This document shows, in pieces, positions 9,726 through 20,236 of a DNA stretch of 64,000 nt. The DNA lies in NCBI GenBank assembly GCA_947258985.1, contig CAMYKI010000003.1, forward strand, positions 24,222 to 88,221, in the 5' to 3' direction. A program made the translations under genes and the position numbers. The stretch is from an uncultured Acidimicrobiaceae bacterium. GTDB taxonomy: Bacteria; Actinomycetota; Acidimicrobiia; Spongiisociales; UBA5794. Below the pieces are notes generated by a model. The model was given only the letters and a program-made list of their open reading frames with translations. It was not told the origin of the DNA and ran no database searches. Positions within the stretch are counted from its first letter, which is position 1, and each line of letters starts with the position of its first letter.

Positions 9726-10529
9726 ATGGGGGTCGTCAACACCACGCCCGATTCGTTCTCCGACGGTGGTCGGTACACATCCACCAGAGCTGCTCTCGCC
9801 CACGGACTCGCCATGTTGGCGGATGGCGCCGACATCATCGACGTTGGCGGTGAATCGACCAGGCCGGGCGCCGACCCGGTGTCGGCGGAGGAGGAAATCG
9901 ACCGCATTGTCCCCGTCGTGGCGGGACTGGTCGACGTCGGTGCGGTGGTGAGCATTGACACAATGAAGCCGCAGGTCGCTGCGGCAGCCGTCGAAGCGGG
10001 CGCCCACATAGTCAACGACGTCTCTGCCTTGGGCGATCCCGACATGGCCATTGTCTGTGCCGAATCAGATGTTGGGGTGGTGCTCATGCACATGCAGGGG
10101 GAACCCGGGACCATGCAGGACGACCCGAGTTACGAAGACCTTCTCGCAGAGGTTGCCGGCTTCCTGAAACAGCGGGCGACGGCTGCACAAGCGGCCGGAA
10201 TTGGCCGTGATCGCATTTGCGTCGACCCGGGGATCGGTTTTGGCAAGACGTTCGACCACAACATGCAGATGCTGCACAACCTGGACTGGTTGACGGCTTT
10301 GGACTATCCCGTATTGGTTGGAACATCCCGGAAGGGCTTTCTCGGCGGCATACTCGCCGCCGCCGGCATGGAGTCTGCTCCTCACGAGCGAGACCCGGCG
10401 ACAGCGGCTACGGTTGCACTGGCAATCGCCGGGGGCGTGTCGGTTGTACGGGTACACAATGTGAGCCATGCCCTCCAAGCGGCGCGTACCGCCGACGCTA
10501 TCGTGCGGGCTTCGCAGACGGAGGTATAG
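9726..10529 (+). CDS. folP: dihydropteroate synthase
   Basis: MGVVNTTPDSFSDGG N-terminal motif and GADIIDVGGESTRPGA pterin-binding motifs. An internal ATG at 9726 gives the canonical start. The ORF track begins at a TTG at 9720. Confidence 0.9.
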   Translation: MGVVNTTPDSFSDGGRYTSTRAALAHGLAMLADGADIIDVGGESTRPGADPVSAEEEIDRIVPVVAGLVDVGAVVSIDTMKPQVAAAAVEAGAHIVNDVSALGDPDMAIVCAESDVGVVLMHMQGEPGTMQDDPSYEDLLAEVAGFLKQRATAAQAAGIGRDRICVDPGIGFGKTFDHNMQMLHNLDWLTALDYPVLVGTSRKGFLGGILAAAGMESAPHERDPATAATVALAIAGGVSVVRVHNVSHALQAARTADAIVRASQTEV

Positions 10530-10533
10530 ACAA

Positions 10534-11010
10534 GTGGCAGGTCTGGAGCCGAGAGGTTTCAAGTGGGTTATCGCGGGGCGATTGGCCATCTCCGAGAGGA
10601 TCGGGGGCTATGGATTCCAGCACCGCCGGGTGCGCCGCGAGGAGGAGATCATCTGGCTCACCGAACAGGGAGTCAACACGATCTTGTCGCTCATGCCGGG
10701 AAACCAGAATCAGGCCGCATACGAAGGCGCAACTCTCCGCTTCTTCCATTTCCCGATCGAGGATGATTTGGATCCCGAGGATGTCGACAAGATCTTTGGT
10801 GTCCTCGATGACGCTCTCGGCGAATCGGGATCGTCGGTCCTGGTACATCGGGAGTTGATCGGCGATCTGCTCGTCGGCCTCATGGGAGGCTACCTGGTCC
10901 ACTCCGGGCTAGTCAAAGACCCCATCGTTGCCACCTCGGTGATCCAGGAGATCTCCGGTCGGCCGCTCGGCCCCGAGGGGCGGCGGTTCATCCCGACTGT
11001 GACCGGCTGA
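10534..11010 (+). CDS. hypothetical protein occupying the usual folB position (weak phosphatase-like pattern, no catalytic Cys)
   Basis: ORF lies between folP and folK but has no similarity to dihydroneopterin aldolase by eye. The pattern W.TEQGV.TILSL...HFPI.D...VLVHRELIGD loosely resembles a dual-specificity-phosphatase fold without the CX5R cysteine. GTG start at 10534. Confidence 0.4.
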   Translation: MAGLEPRGFKWVIAGRLAISERIGGYGFQHRRVRREEEIIWLTEQGVNTILSLMPGNQNQAAYEGATLRFFHFPIEDDLDPEDVDKIFGVLDDALGESGSSVLVHRELIGDLLVGLMGGYLVHSGLVKDPIVATSVIQEISGRPLGPEGRRFIPTVTG

Positions 11011-11011
11011 A

Positions 11012-11578
11012 ATGGTCCGGGCCGCAATTGGCCTCGGCTCGAACCTCGGCGACCGTCCCCGCCACATTGGGGATGCGGTGGCGGCGCTTGCGGAGGCGGG
11101 TTCATTAGTTCGAGTCTCGTCGCTCTATCAGACGGCCCCGATGGGTGGCCCCAAACAGGGCACCTACCTCAATGCGGTGGTCGTTATCGACACCGACCTC
11201 TCTGCGCAGCAACTGCTCGAACGTTGCCTGGAAGTCGAGCAAGATCAGGGCCGGGAACGTCGGGAACGCTGGGGACCACGCACGCTCGATCTCGATGTTC
11301 TCCTCTACGGGGATGAAACCATCAACGACGTTGAGCTGAGTGTTCCGCACCCGCGGATGACGGAGCGCCGCTTCGTGCTGGAACCGCTACTCGAAGTCTG
11401 GCCGGACGCTGTTCTGCCGGACGGCACTCCCCTCGCCGGCTTCTCCGCCGGAGTCGCAGGCCAGAAGGTGCGAAAACTCGAAGCCGTTGTCCCCGATAGG
11501 AGGACGTCACTGGCTCTAATGCTGCTGGTAGTCGCCGGTGCCCTGGCTATCTGGTGGATAGGGGACTGGCTGCTCTAG
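11012..11578 (+). CDS. folK: 2-amino-4-hydroxy-6-hydroxymethyldihydropteridine diphosphokinase (HPPK)
   Basis: AAIGLGSNLGDR start motif and the conserved ERWGPRTLDLDVLLYG region. Carries an extra C-terminal hydrophobic tail of about 25 aa (LALMLLVVAGALAIWWIGDWLL). Confidence 0.85.
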   Translation: MVRAAIGLGSNLGDRPRHIGDAVAALAEAGSLVRVSSLYQTAPMGGPKQGTYLNAVVVIDTDLSAQQLLERCLEVEQDQGRERRERWGPRTLDLDVLLYGDETINDVELSVPHPRMTERRFVLEPLLEVWPDAVLPDGTPLAGFSAGVAGQKVRKLEAVVPDRRTSLALMLLVVAGALAIWWIGDWLL

Positions 11579-11623
11579 CCAAGGCGTCCTGGAGCACCGG
11601 TCCAGCCGGCGGTATAGCGCCTG

Positions 11624-12862
11624 CTAGATGAGGGTGGTTGGCGGCCGGACCTCTTCACCGTCGATGGTGATGCTCAACTCGTGCCCGGCTCTCCGCAGCG
11701 AGGTTTCCACGGAATCGGGGTCGGGACCGCCGGCGAATACGAAGCCGAGGTAGCGGTCGCCTTCGGGGAGCGTCACAACCCGGCGTCCGGTGGCGACGGT
11801 GATGGTGACGTCATCGACGCCGGGGACCTCCCTGGCCGCTTCGATGCCGGCGACACCGGTGAGCGTTCCGGTCGCCGGAATCGGCAACATGAGTACACCC
11901 GATGACGGTCGCGCCGGTGAACTGTCGGGTGAGCGCAGTCCGAGCGCGCTACGGAGGATGAGCACCTCCAATGACTCGCCGAGGAGACCAAAAGTGAATG
12001 CCCGACCGCATAGACCACCGATGCTGCGGGCCGCGATCTCGATCAGGTGGCACTGCTTTTCGGCATCGATCCGGATCTCAGCGTGAATCGGCCCGGTTAT
12101 GAGACCAAGCTCCTCAACCGCCCGTTCGACGAGCCGGACCGCGGCATCCTGCATCGACGCCTCGTGACGGGAAGGCGTGACAAAGAGGGTCTCCTCGAAG
12201 TAGGGCCCTTCGAGCGGATCGGGCTTGTCGATGACCGCAAGCACTTCGAGACCGGTCGGTCCCAGCAATCCCTCGATGACGATCTCGTCGCCCGGGATGT
12301 ATCGCTCGACGAGCAAGGGGGCGGTGGCGGGCAAGTCGGCGCCTTCGAGAATCGCCCTGATGCGGTTCTCGGCTATCGATGCCTCGCCTGCGTTGTCAGC
12401 CCTGATGACTCCCCGGCTTGCAGACAGGCTCGTTGGCTTGACCACCACCGGGAAGCCGAGTTCTGCAGCGGCCGCGCTGACGGCGCCAGGGGGAGCTGTG
12501 CGAAAGTCCGGCTGCGAGATGCCTTCTGCTGCCAGGATCCTGCGGAGAGCTGCCTTGTCACGGGTGGCCGCTACTGCGCCGACCGGATTGTGCGGCAAAT
12601 CGAGCAGCGCGGCGGCTTCCGCCGCGGTGAGGACTGCCTGGTCGTCGACGCCGATCACGGCATCGATGTCGGGAAGGGCCGCCACGATCTCAGCGGCCGC
12701 CTTGTCGAGATCGTCTAGACAGACTTCCAGCCCGCGGTGCCCGGCCGGGAACTCACCGTCGCCCACCACTGAAGCGTCGATTCGAAGCAGCGCGGCGGCC
12801 TGGAGGAAGTCGGGAGTGCGGTAGCTCGATGGTCCCGCAACTATCGCTACCCGTCTGGTCAA
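11624..12862 (-). CDS. ATP-grasp domain protein (carboxylate-amine/L-amino-acid-ligase-like)
   Basis: Pre-ATP-grasp N-terminal region, then VVVKPTSLSASRGVIRADN and ERYIPGDEIVIEGLL motifs typical of ATP-grasp ligases. Confidence 0.6.
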   Translation of the reverse strand: MTRRVAIVAGPSSYRTPDFLQAAALLRIDASVVGDGEFPAGHRGLEVCLDDLDKAAAEIVAALPDIDAVIGVDDQAVLTAAEAAALLDLPHNPVGAVAATRDKAALRRILAAEGISQPDFRTAPPGAVSAAAAELGFPVVVKPTSLSASRGVIRADNAGEASIAENRIRAILEGADLPATAPLLVERYIPGDEIVIEGLLGPTGLEVLAVIDKPDPLEGPYFEETLFVTPSRHEASMQDAAVRLVERAVEELGLITGPIHAEIRIDAEKQCHLIEIAARSIGGLCGRAFTFGLLGESLEVLILRSALGLRSPDSSPARPSSGVLMLPIPATGTLTGVAGIEAAREVPGVDDVTITVATGRRVVTLPEGDRYLGFVFAGGPDPDSVETSLRRAGHELSITIDGEEVRPPTTLI

Positions 12863-12900
12863 CGTGCCATCCCTCGTGTCGAGTCACCTACGATACGCCG

Positions 12901-13536
12901 ATGTTCAACACCTTCGAGCCGCTGATCGCCATCGACGACAAGGCGAAGGCGACCATCCTCGATGTACTCAGACAGGAGCCGGATGGCGACGCTCTGGGGC
13001 TCGTCGTGAGCATCGCCGGGATCGACGGCACCGCCTTCAAGTACAGCCTGGCCATGGTTCGGCTCGAGGATGCCGCTCCCAGCGACCACCTCGTGCCCGC
13101 CGGTGATCTGACAATCGTTGTCCCGGATGCGGATCTGGAGAATCTGCGAGGGGCCACGATCAAGATGTCGGCGAACCTCCTGCAACCGGGACTTGTGCTC
13201 GACAACCCGAATACCCCCAGTCCGCGCATTCTGGGTGAGGGTGATCCGACGCAGCTGTCCGGCTCGATTGAGGAACGGGCAATCCAGGTCGTAGACACAA
13301 TGATCAACCCCGCAATAGCAGCCCACGGAGGTCGGGCCGAGATTGCCGGTGTCGAGGATGGGACTGCATACGTTCGTCTGGGCGGGGGGTGCCAGGGTTG
13401 CGGGATGGCGTCGGTGACGCTGTCTCAGGGCATAGAGGCAACCCTCATCGAGATGGTGCCCGAACTCAGCAAGGTCATCGATGTAACCGACCACTCTGGC
13501 GGCGACAACCCCTACTACGAGGCTGCGAAGAAGTAG
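12901..13536 (+). CDS. Fe-S cluster biogenesis protein, NfuA-like (degenerate A-type carrier N-domain plus Nfu C-domain)
   Basis: C-terminal Nfu motif GGGCQGCGMASVTL. The N-terminal about 95 aa look like an IscA/HesB fold lacking cysteines. ATG at 12901. Confidence 0.65.
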   Translation: MFNTFEPLIAIDDKAKATILDVLRQEPDGDALGLVVSIAGIDGTAFKYSLAMVRLEDAAPSDHLVPAGDLTIVVPDADLENLRGATIKMSANLLQPGLVLDNPNTPSPRILGEGDPTQLSGSIEERAIQVVDTMINPAIAAHGGRAEIAGVEDGTAYVRLGGGCQGCGMASVTLSQGIEATLIEMVPELSKVIDVTDHSGGDNPYYEAAKK

Positions 13537-13604
13537 TTTCGGCGGCGAGCCGTGTCGGGATTCCCGGTGAACCGTCGTAGTCGGTTCCCCTACACTCGCC
13601 AGCC

Positions 13605-16600
13605 ATGAGCGTGACCTGTTCTTCGTGCGGCACCCCTGGTCTGGATGGGGCCCGGTTCTGCGCGACCTGCGGTGAGTCGCTGTCTGTTCGGTGTCCGCAG
13701 TGTGCGGGGGAGGTCCCTGAAGGCTCACGTTTTTGTCCGACGTGCGGTAGCCAACTCGATGCCGACCGGGAGCAATCAGACGCCTCCCGTGAGGAGCGCA
13801 AGGTTGTCTCGGTGTTGTTTGCCGACCTGGTGGGTTTCACCGCTCACGCCGCTCAGGCCGACCCGGAAGATGTAAGGGTCCGGCTCACGGTGTATCACCG
13901 CAAGATCCGGGAGGATGTGGAGCGTTTCGGGGGCAGGGTCGAGAAGTTGATGGGCGATGGAGCGTTTGCCGTATTTGGTGCTCCGATCGCTCACGAGGAC
14001 GACCCGGAGCGCGCGGTTCGAGCTGCGCTGCGCGTCCAGCGTTCAGTGGAGGATCTCAACGAGGGTGATGCCGAGCTTGCTCTTTCGGTGCGGATCGCAG
14101 TCACCACCGGCGAGGCAATCGTGCAGTTGCAGGACGACGATCCCGATCGCGAAGGGATAGTCGGTGACGTCGTCAACACGGCCTCGCGGCTCGAGGCGGT
14201 TGCCCCTCCGGGGGGAGTCGTCGTCGACGAACGCACCTATCTCGCCACGCGGGATGCCGTCATCTACACCGACCTCGACCCGGTCCGGGTCAAAGGCAAG
14301 GAAGTTCCGCTGGCGATCTGGCAGCCGCAGGAGGCGCGTAGCCGGTACGGAGTTGCGGTGGAGAGACGTCACGTCGCGCCGTTTGTCGGAAGGGACGCGG
14401 AGTTGGGCGTGCTCGTGGACGCCTTCGAGCGCGTAGTGGCCGACAGCACCGTCCAGTTGGTGACGATCGTCGGCGAGCCCGGCGCAGGAAAGAGCCGTCT
14501 CCTTCACGAATTCTTCGATTCCGTCGACGCTCGGCCCGATCTCGTCTGGTGGCGACAGGGCAGATGCCCGGCCTACGGCGAAGGGATCGCCTTCTGGGCG
14601 TTGAGCGAGATTGTGAAATCGCACGCCGGCATTCTCGAGTCTGACACCGCCGACATCGCTGAGAGAAAGCTGCACACTGCACTTCGGTCCCTCCCGATCG
14701 ACCCTGCAAATGCCGACTGGGTAGAGTCTCGGCTCGCTCGGCTTGCCGGCGTCGGCACAAATGAGGGAGAGGTAGATCAGGCAGATCTGTTCTCTGCCTG
14801 GTTGCGGTTCTTCGAGGCCATGGCGGACCGGAATCCGCTCGTCTTGGTGGTCGAGGACCTGCATTGGGCCGACGGGGCCATGCTGGACTTCATTGAACAC
14901 CTCACGGATTGGGCGGTTTCTTCACCGATACTGGTTGTCACGACGACGCGCCCTGAGTTGTTGGCCGGGCGTGACTCCTGGGGCGGGGGACGAAGGAATT
15001 CCAATACGATCGGACTCGCTCCACTCGACGACGCCGCCGCAGCCGGGTTGCTTTCAGCGCTTCTCGACAGCACCGTGCTCGACGCCGAGGTGCTGGACGC
15101 CATTTTGGGCCGAGCCGGCGGTAACCCGCTGTACGTCACCGAGTTTGTCCGGCTCGCCGGGGACATGGACGCTGTAGCCGACGCCTCCAGGATTGCCGCG
15201 ATGCCTTTGCCCGGTTCGGTACAAGCCCTCGTCGCCGGGAGGCTCGATCAGCTCGAAGCCGACGAGAAGGCGGTTCTGCAGGCAGCATCCGTGGTCGGAA
15301 GGGTGTTTTGGGCGGGGGCGTTGAAGTCGCTGCGACCCACGTTGACGACGGACGACGTGTTGCGCGGACTGATCCGCCGTGAGCTGATCCGGCCGGTACG
15401 GGACACGTCAATGCAGGGCCAGCAGGAATACGTGTTCACCCACAGCGTCATCCGCGATGTTGCGTACGGCCAGATTCCACGTGACGAGCGGGCACATCTA
15501 CATGAATCGGTAGCGGGATGGATCGAGGCGGTCAGCGGTACCCAGGGTTCAGATGCCGGCGAATTGCTCGCCTATCACCTTGGTGAAGCGCTGTCGTTGT
15601 CGAGTTCCCCTGCCGAGGACGTGCGGCTGCGCGCCTACCGGGCCCACATGCAGGCCGGGGACCGCGCTCGTGGGCTGAATCCGACGCTCGGTGCCGATTA
15701 CTACCGTAGGGCGGTCGAATACGCCGCTGCCGGACCGGACCGAGCGCATGCGCTGCTCGAATATGGTGACACGATTCGCCTTACCGAGCCGGATCGGGTC
15801 CGGGCGCTGCTCGATGAGGCGCTCACCCTCTTCCGGGAGGCTGGTGACGCCGAGGGCGAAGCACTGACGTTCAGCTTCCTCGCGGGCCTGTTGTGGTGGC
15901 GGGGGGACACTGCGGAGGCGTATGCCCACAGCAAGAGAGCCGTGGAAATCGTCGAAGATCTCCCGGCTTCCACCGCCAAAGCGCGGGTTCTGGTGACCCG
16001 GGCCAGCGGCCTATACCTCCGCGGTGATGCCGCGGCGGCGCTGGAGGTCTCTGCGATCGCCGCCGACGTTGTCGCCGAGGCCGGCTCGGCGGCGGATCAA
16101 GTCCAATTCCTGTACACCCGCGGTGGCGCGCTTGTGGAGCTGGGTGACGAGACGGGCCTCGATGACCTACAGGCCGCGGCGGATATGGCGTTGGATCGGA
16201 ATATGACCCAGCCGGCCGTCACCGCGCTCAACAATCTCGCCACGGTCGCGGCGACTGCCAGGAGCACCGACGAGGCGCTGGCAGCCATCGACAAGGGTAT
16301 CGCCCTCTGCGAGGAACGAGGCGCGGTAGCGGGCACCATTTGGGCGAGTTTCACCAAGTGCGAGATCCTCGTCCCGGCCGGTAGATGGGATGAGGTACTC
16401 GAACTCGCCGACTACGTAGCCGAGCGCGACGCCGCATTGGGCGGCAGCCAGGCCGCAACAGGCGCAGCCTCACTCAAGGCGATCGTGCTGTTCTACCGGG
16501 GCCAACGGGCGGAAGCCCGCCGTCTCCACGCCACCGTGCTCAAATCAGCTCGCGAGATCGGGGATCAACAGGTGCTGTCCCCGGTGCTGGCATTCGAGGC

Positions 16601-17084
16601 GCTCATGGCCGCCGACAGCGGTGAATGCTCCGCGGCAATCGACCTCTGCGAGCAATACCACACAAGCACGGTCGACAACCCGGGCATGCGGTCGTACAAC
16701 CTGGCAGCGGCAACTGAAGCTCTCTGGGCATGTGACGAAAAGAATTTGCTGCTGAGGCTCGCGCAGTCGACCCGCGCCGTCGGTGCGCTCGGCGAGGTTC
16801 AAGTGGCTCGTGCTCGGGGGCATGCGGCCGCGGTAAATGGCGACTGTCGGGCCGCCGCCGACCACTTCGAACAGGCGATCGAGCGGGCCGAAGAAGCCGG
16901 TCGGTACCTCGACGGTACGCTGGCCCGTCTGGAGCGGGCGCGAGCTCTTGATGCCGCGGCCACCAGGTCTGAGATACCCCGCCTCATCGGTGAGGCTCGC
17001 GAGAGAGCCGAGCGGATGGGGGCAGCAAAGCTACTTGACCGGCTCGACGGCTTTAAAGCTACCGGCACGAGTTCCGGAGGATGA
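13605..17084 (+). CDS. multidomain signalling protein: double zinc-ribbon, class III adenylate cyclase domain, AAA/STAND NTPase and TPR-like C-terminus
   Basis: N-terminal CxxC...CxxC twice. Cyclase homology domain with metal-binding Asp (FADLVGFT, KLMGDG), adenine-specifying Lys (VEKLMGDG) and Asp (GIVGDVVNTASRLE), and transition-state Asn/Arg. Walker A GEPGAGKS. Long helical repeat-like C-terminal half. Confidence 0.8.
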   Translation: MSVTCSSCGTPGLDGARFCATCGESLSVRCPQCAGEVPEGSRFCPTCGSQLDADREQSDASREERKVVSVLFADLVGFTAHAAQADPEDVRVRLTVYHRKIREDVERFGGRVEKLMGDGAFAVFGAPIAHEDDPERAVRAALRVQRSVEDLNEGDAELALSVRIAVTTGEAIVQLQDDDPDREGIVGDVVNTASRLEAVAPPGGVVVDERTYLATRDAVIYTDLDPVRVKGKEVPLAIWQPQEARSRYGVAVERRHVAPFVGRDAELGVLVDAFERVVADSTVQLVTIVGEPGAGKSRLLHEFFDSVDARPDLVWWRQGRCPAYGEGIAFWALSEIVKSHAGILESDTADIAERKLHTALRSLPIDPANADWVESRLARLAGVGTNEGEVDQADLFSAWLRFFEAMADRNPLVLVVEDLHWADGAMLDFIEHLTDWAVSSPILVVTTTRPELLAGRDSWGGGRRNSNTIGLAPLDDAAAAGLLSALLDSTVLDAEVLDAILGRAGGNPLYVTEFVRLAGDMDAVADASRIAAMPLPGSVQALVAGRLDQLEADEKAVLQAASVVGRVFWAGALKSLRPTLTTDDVLRGLIRRELIRPVRDTSMQGQQEYVFTHSVIRDVAYGQIPRDERAHLHESVAGWIEAVSGTQGSDAGELLAYHLGEALSLSSSPAEDVRLRAYRAHMQAGDRARGLNPTLGADYYRRAVEYAAAGPDRAHALLEYGDTIRLTEPDRVRALLDEALTLFREAGDAEGEALTFSFLAGLLWWRGDTAEAYAHSKRAVEIVEDLPASTAKARVLVTRASGLYLRGDAAAALEVSAIAADVVAEAGSAADQVQFLYTRGGALVELGDETGLDDLQAAADMALDRNMTQPAVTALNNLATVAATARSTDEALAAIDKGIALCEERGAVAGTIWASFTKCEILVPAGRWDEVLELADYVAERDAALGGSQAATGAASLKAIVLFYRGQRAEARRLHATVLKSAREIGDQQVLSPVLAFEALMAADSGECSAAIDLCEQYHTSTVDNPGMRSYNLAAATEALWACDEKNLLLRLAQSTRAVGALGEVQVARARGHAAAVNGDCRAAADHFEQAIERAEEAGRYLDGTLARLERARALDAAATRSEIPRLIGEARERAERMGAAKLLDRLDGFKATGTSSGG

Positions 17085-17156
17085 CGTCACCAATCTCATC
17101 GCCACGAGCCGCTATCAGAAGCTAGGGTCGAGGCTGAATCCGGAGGAGGAGCACCC

Positions 17157-17576
17157 ATGGACAAGGTCGAATTTCTGAGCAAGACACCGCTCTTTGAGAG
17201 TTGCTCAGCAAAGAGCGTCAAGTCCATTGCCGAGCAGACCAGGGTCAGGAAGTTCAGCGCCGGAGACGAGATCATTGTCGAGGGCAGTCAGAAGACCATG
17301 GGTTTCTACATGATTCTGGACGGTGAAGCGAGGGTGAGTCGGGCGGACCATCACCTCGGTGACTATGGGCCCGGCGACTACTTCGGCGAAATAGCTCTTC
17401 TGCTAGATGACACACCGAGAACCGCAACGGTCACGGCCGTCACGGATCTGAGCGTGCTCGTGTTGACCCGGTGGGATTTCAAGGCACTGATCAAGACCAA
17501 CCCGGAAATCGCGGTCGAGGTGATGGGTGTGCTTGCGCAGCGTCTCGCCGCCACAGATCGAGTTCTCGGCGAATAG
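17157..17576 (+). CDS. stand-alone cyclic-nucleotide-binding (CAP-effector) domain protein, no DNA-binding domain
   Basis: 139 aa. Phosphate-binding cassette FGEIALLLDDTPRTATVTA. GGAGGAG Shine-Dalgarno precedes the ATG. Starts 73 bp after the cyclase gene and ends at the terminator below. Confidence 0.75.
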   Translation: MDKVEFLSKTPLFESCSAKSVKSIAEQTRVRKFSAGDEIIVEGSQKTMGFYMILDGEARVSRADHHLGDYGPGDYFGEIALLLDDTPRTATVTAVTDLSVLVLTRWDFKALIKTNPEIAVEVMGVLAQRLAATDRVLGE

Positions 17577-17599
17577 CCTTTTCGCCTGTCAGACAAGAG

Positions 17600-17625
17600 A
17601 AAACCCCGCCCGGAGGCGGGGTTTT
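17600..17625. terminator. bidirectional rho-independent terminator
   Basis: AAAACCCCGCC-cggag-GGCGGGGTTTT: a 7-bp GC stem flanked by an A-run and a T-run, lying between convergent genes. Confidence 0.6.
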
Positions 17626-17648
17626 CAGTTGGTTGATTCAGGCCGTTA

Positions 17649-17942
17649 CTAGACGGCTACGCGGTCCTTCAGGCCCTTGGCGGGCTTGAACTTCGCATGC
17701 TTCTTCGCTGCGATCTGAATCGTTTCGCCGGTGGCAGGATTGCGACCCTGACGAGCCTTGCTCCGGCTCGTGTAGAACTTGCCAAAACCGCTGATGGCGA
17801 CATCACGGTCGGCGTCGAGCTCGACGGCAATGATGCCGTCGCCCGAATCAGAGCTGAAAATGATGTCGATGACCTCTGCAGCCTTTGCCTGGCTCAGGTC
17901 TGCCTTCTTGGCGAGCTTCTTCGCCATCTCTGTCTTGTTCAT
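17649..17942 (-). CDS. hup: DNA-binding protein HU
   Basis: MNKTEMAKKLAKKADLSQAKAAEVIDIIF...GFGKF...RNPATGETI is a canonical HU/IHF fold sequence. ATG at 17942. Confidence 0.85.
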   Translation of the reverse strand: MNKTEMAKKLAKKADLSQAKAAEVIDIIFSSDSGDGIIAVELDADRDVAISGFGKFYTSRSKARQGRNPATGETIQIAAKKHAKFKPAKGLKDRVAV

Positions 17943-18072
17943 AGTGAACTCCCTATCTTGACGAACCTCGGGATGTGTTTCCCCGCTTTGCAAGCGACCA
18001 AGCTACACCCAAAACCCGCATAAACAGTGGATTTTTTGCGAGAGCGGTGCCGCGGAGCGGATGACCGATCGG

Positions 18073-20028
<1,956 letters not shown>

Positions 20029-20040
<12 letters not shown>

Positions 20041-20104
20041 TGCGATCACCTACGGGTGATGCGATCACCTACGGGTTATGCATTCGCCTACGGGTGATGA
20101 GATC
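20029..20104. repeat. four tandem 19-bp repeats, each with a 15-bp palindrome GGTGATGCGATCACC
   Basis: Units CTACGGGTGATGCGATCAC at 20029, 20048, 20067 (degenerate) and 20086. The array begins inside the last codons of the Lrp gene. Confidence 0.75.
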
Positions 20105-20105
20105 A

Positions 20106-20128
20106 CCTTCGAGTTCGATGAAATCGAA
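20106..20128. promoter_or_regulatory. perfect 23-bp palindrome CGAGTTCGAT-gaa-ATCGAACTCG (hairpin/operator candidate, possible lrp terminator)
   Basis: 10-bp arms are perfectly complementary. Sits immediately after the repeat array and about 110 bp upstream of the next gene. Confidence 0.55.
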
Positions 20129-20236
20129 CTCGGGCCGCCCAAGCGTCTCTCCGTTCTTGCGTGAACCACCCCGGGCATCCCGGCAGGGTCTACGCAAGAA
20201 GCGTGGGGGAGCGGCTTTGGTACGTAAACTCGCCGC

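Noticed and set aside
10534-11010. Calling this ORF folB
   Set aside because: No similarity to dihydroneopterin aldolase motifs. Synteny alone is insufficient.
13605-17576. Pycsar/CBASS-like defence system (cyclase plus cNMP-binding effector)
   Set aside because: The cyclase has the adenine-specifying Lys/Asp pair typical of genuine adenylate cyclases. The cNMP-binding protein has no TM, TIR, nuclease or other effector domain. A housekeeping or signalling role is more likely. Kept as a finding but not called a defence system.
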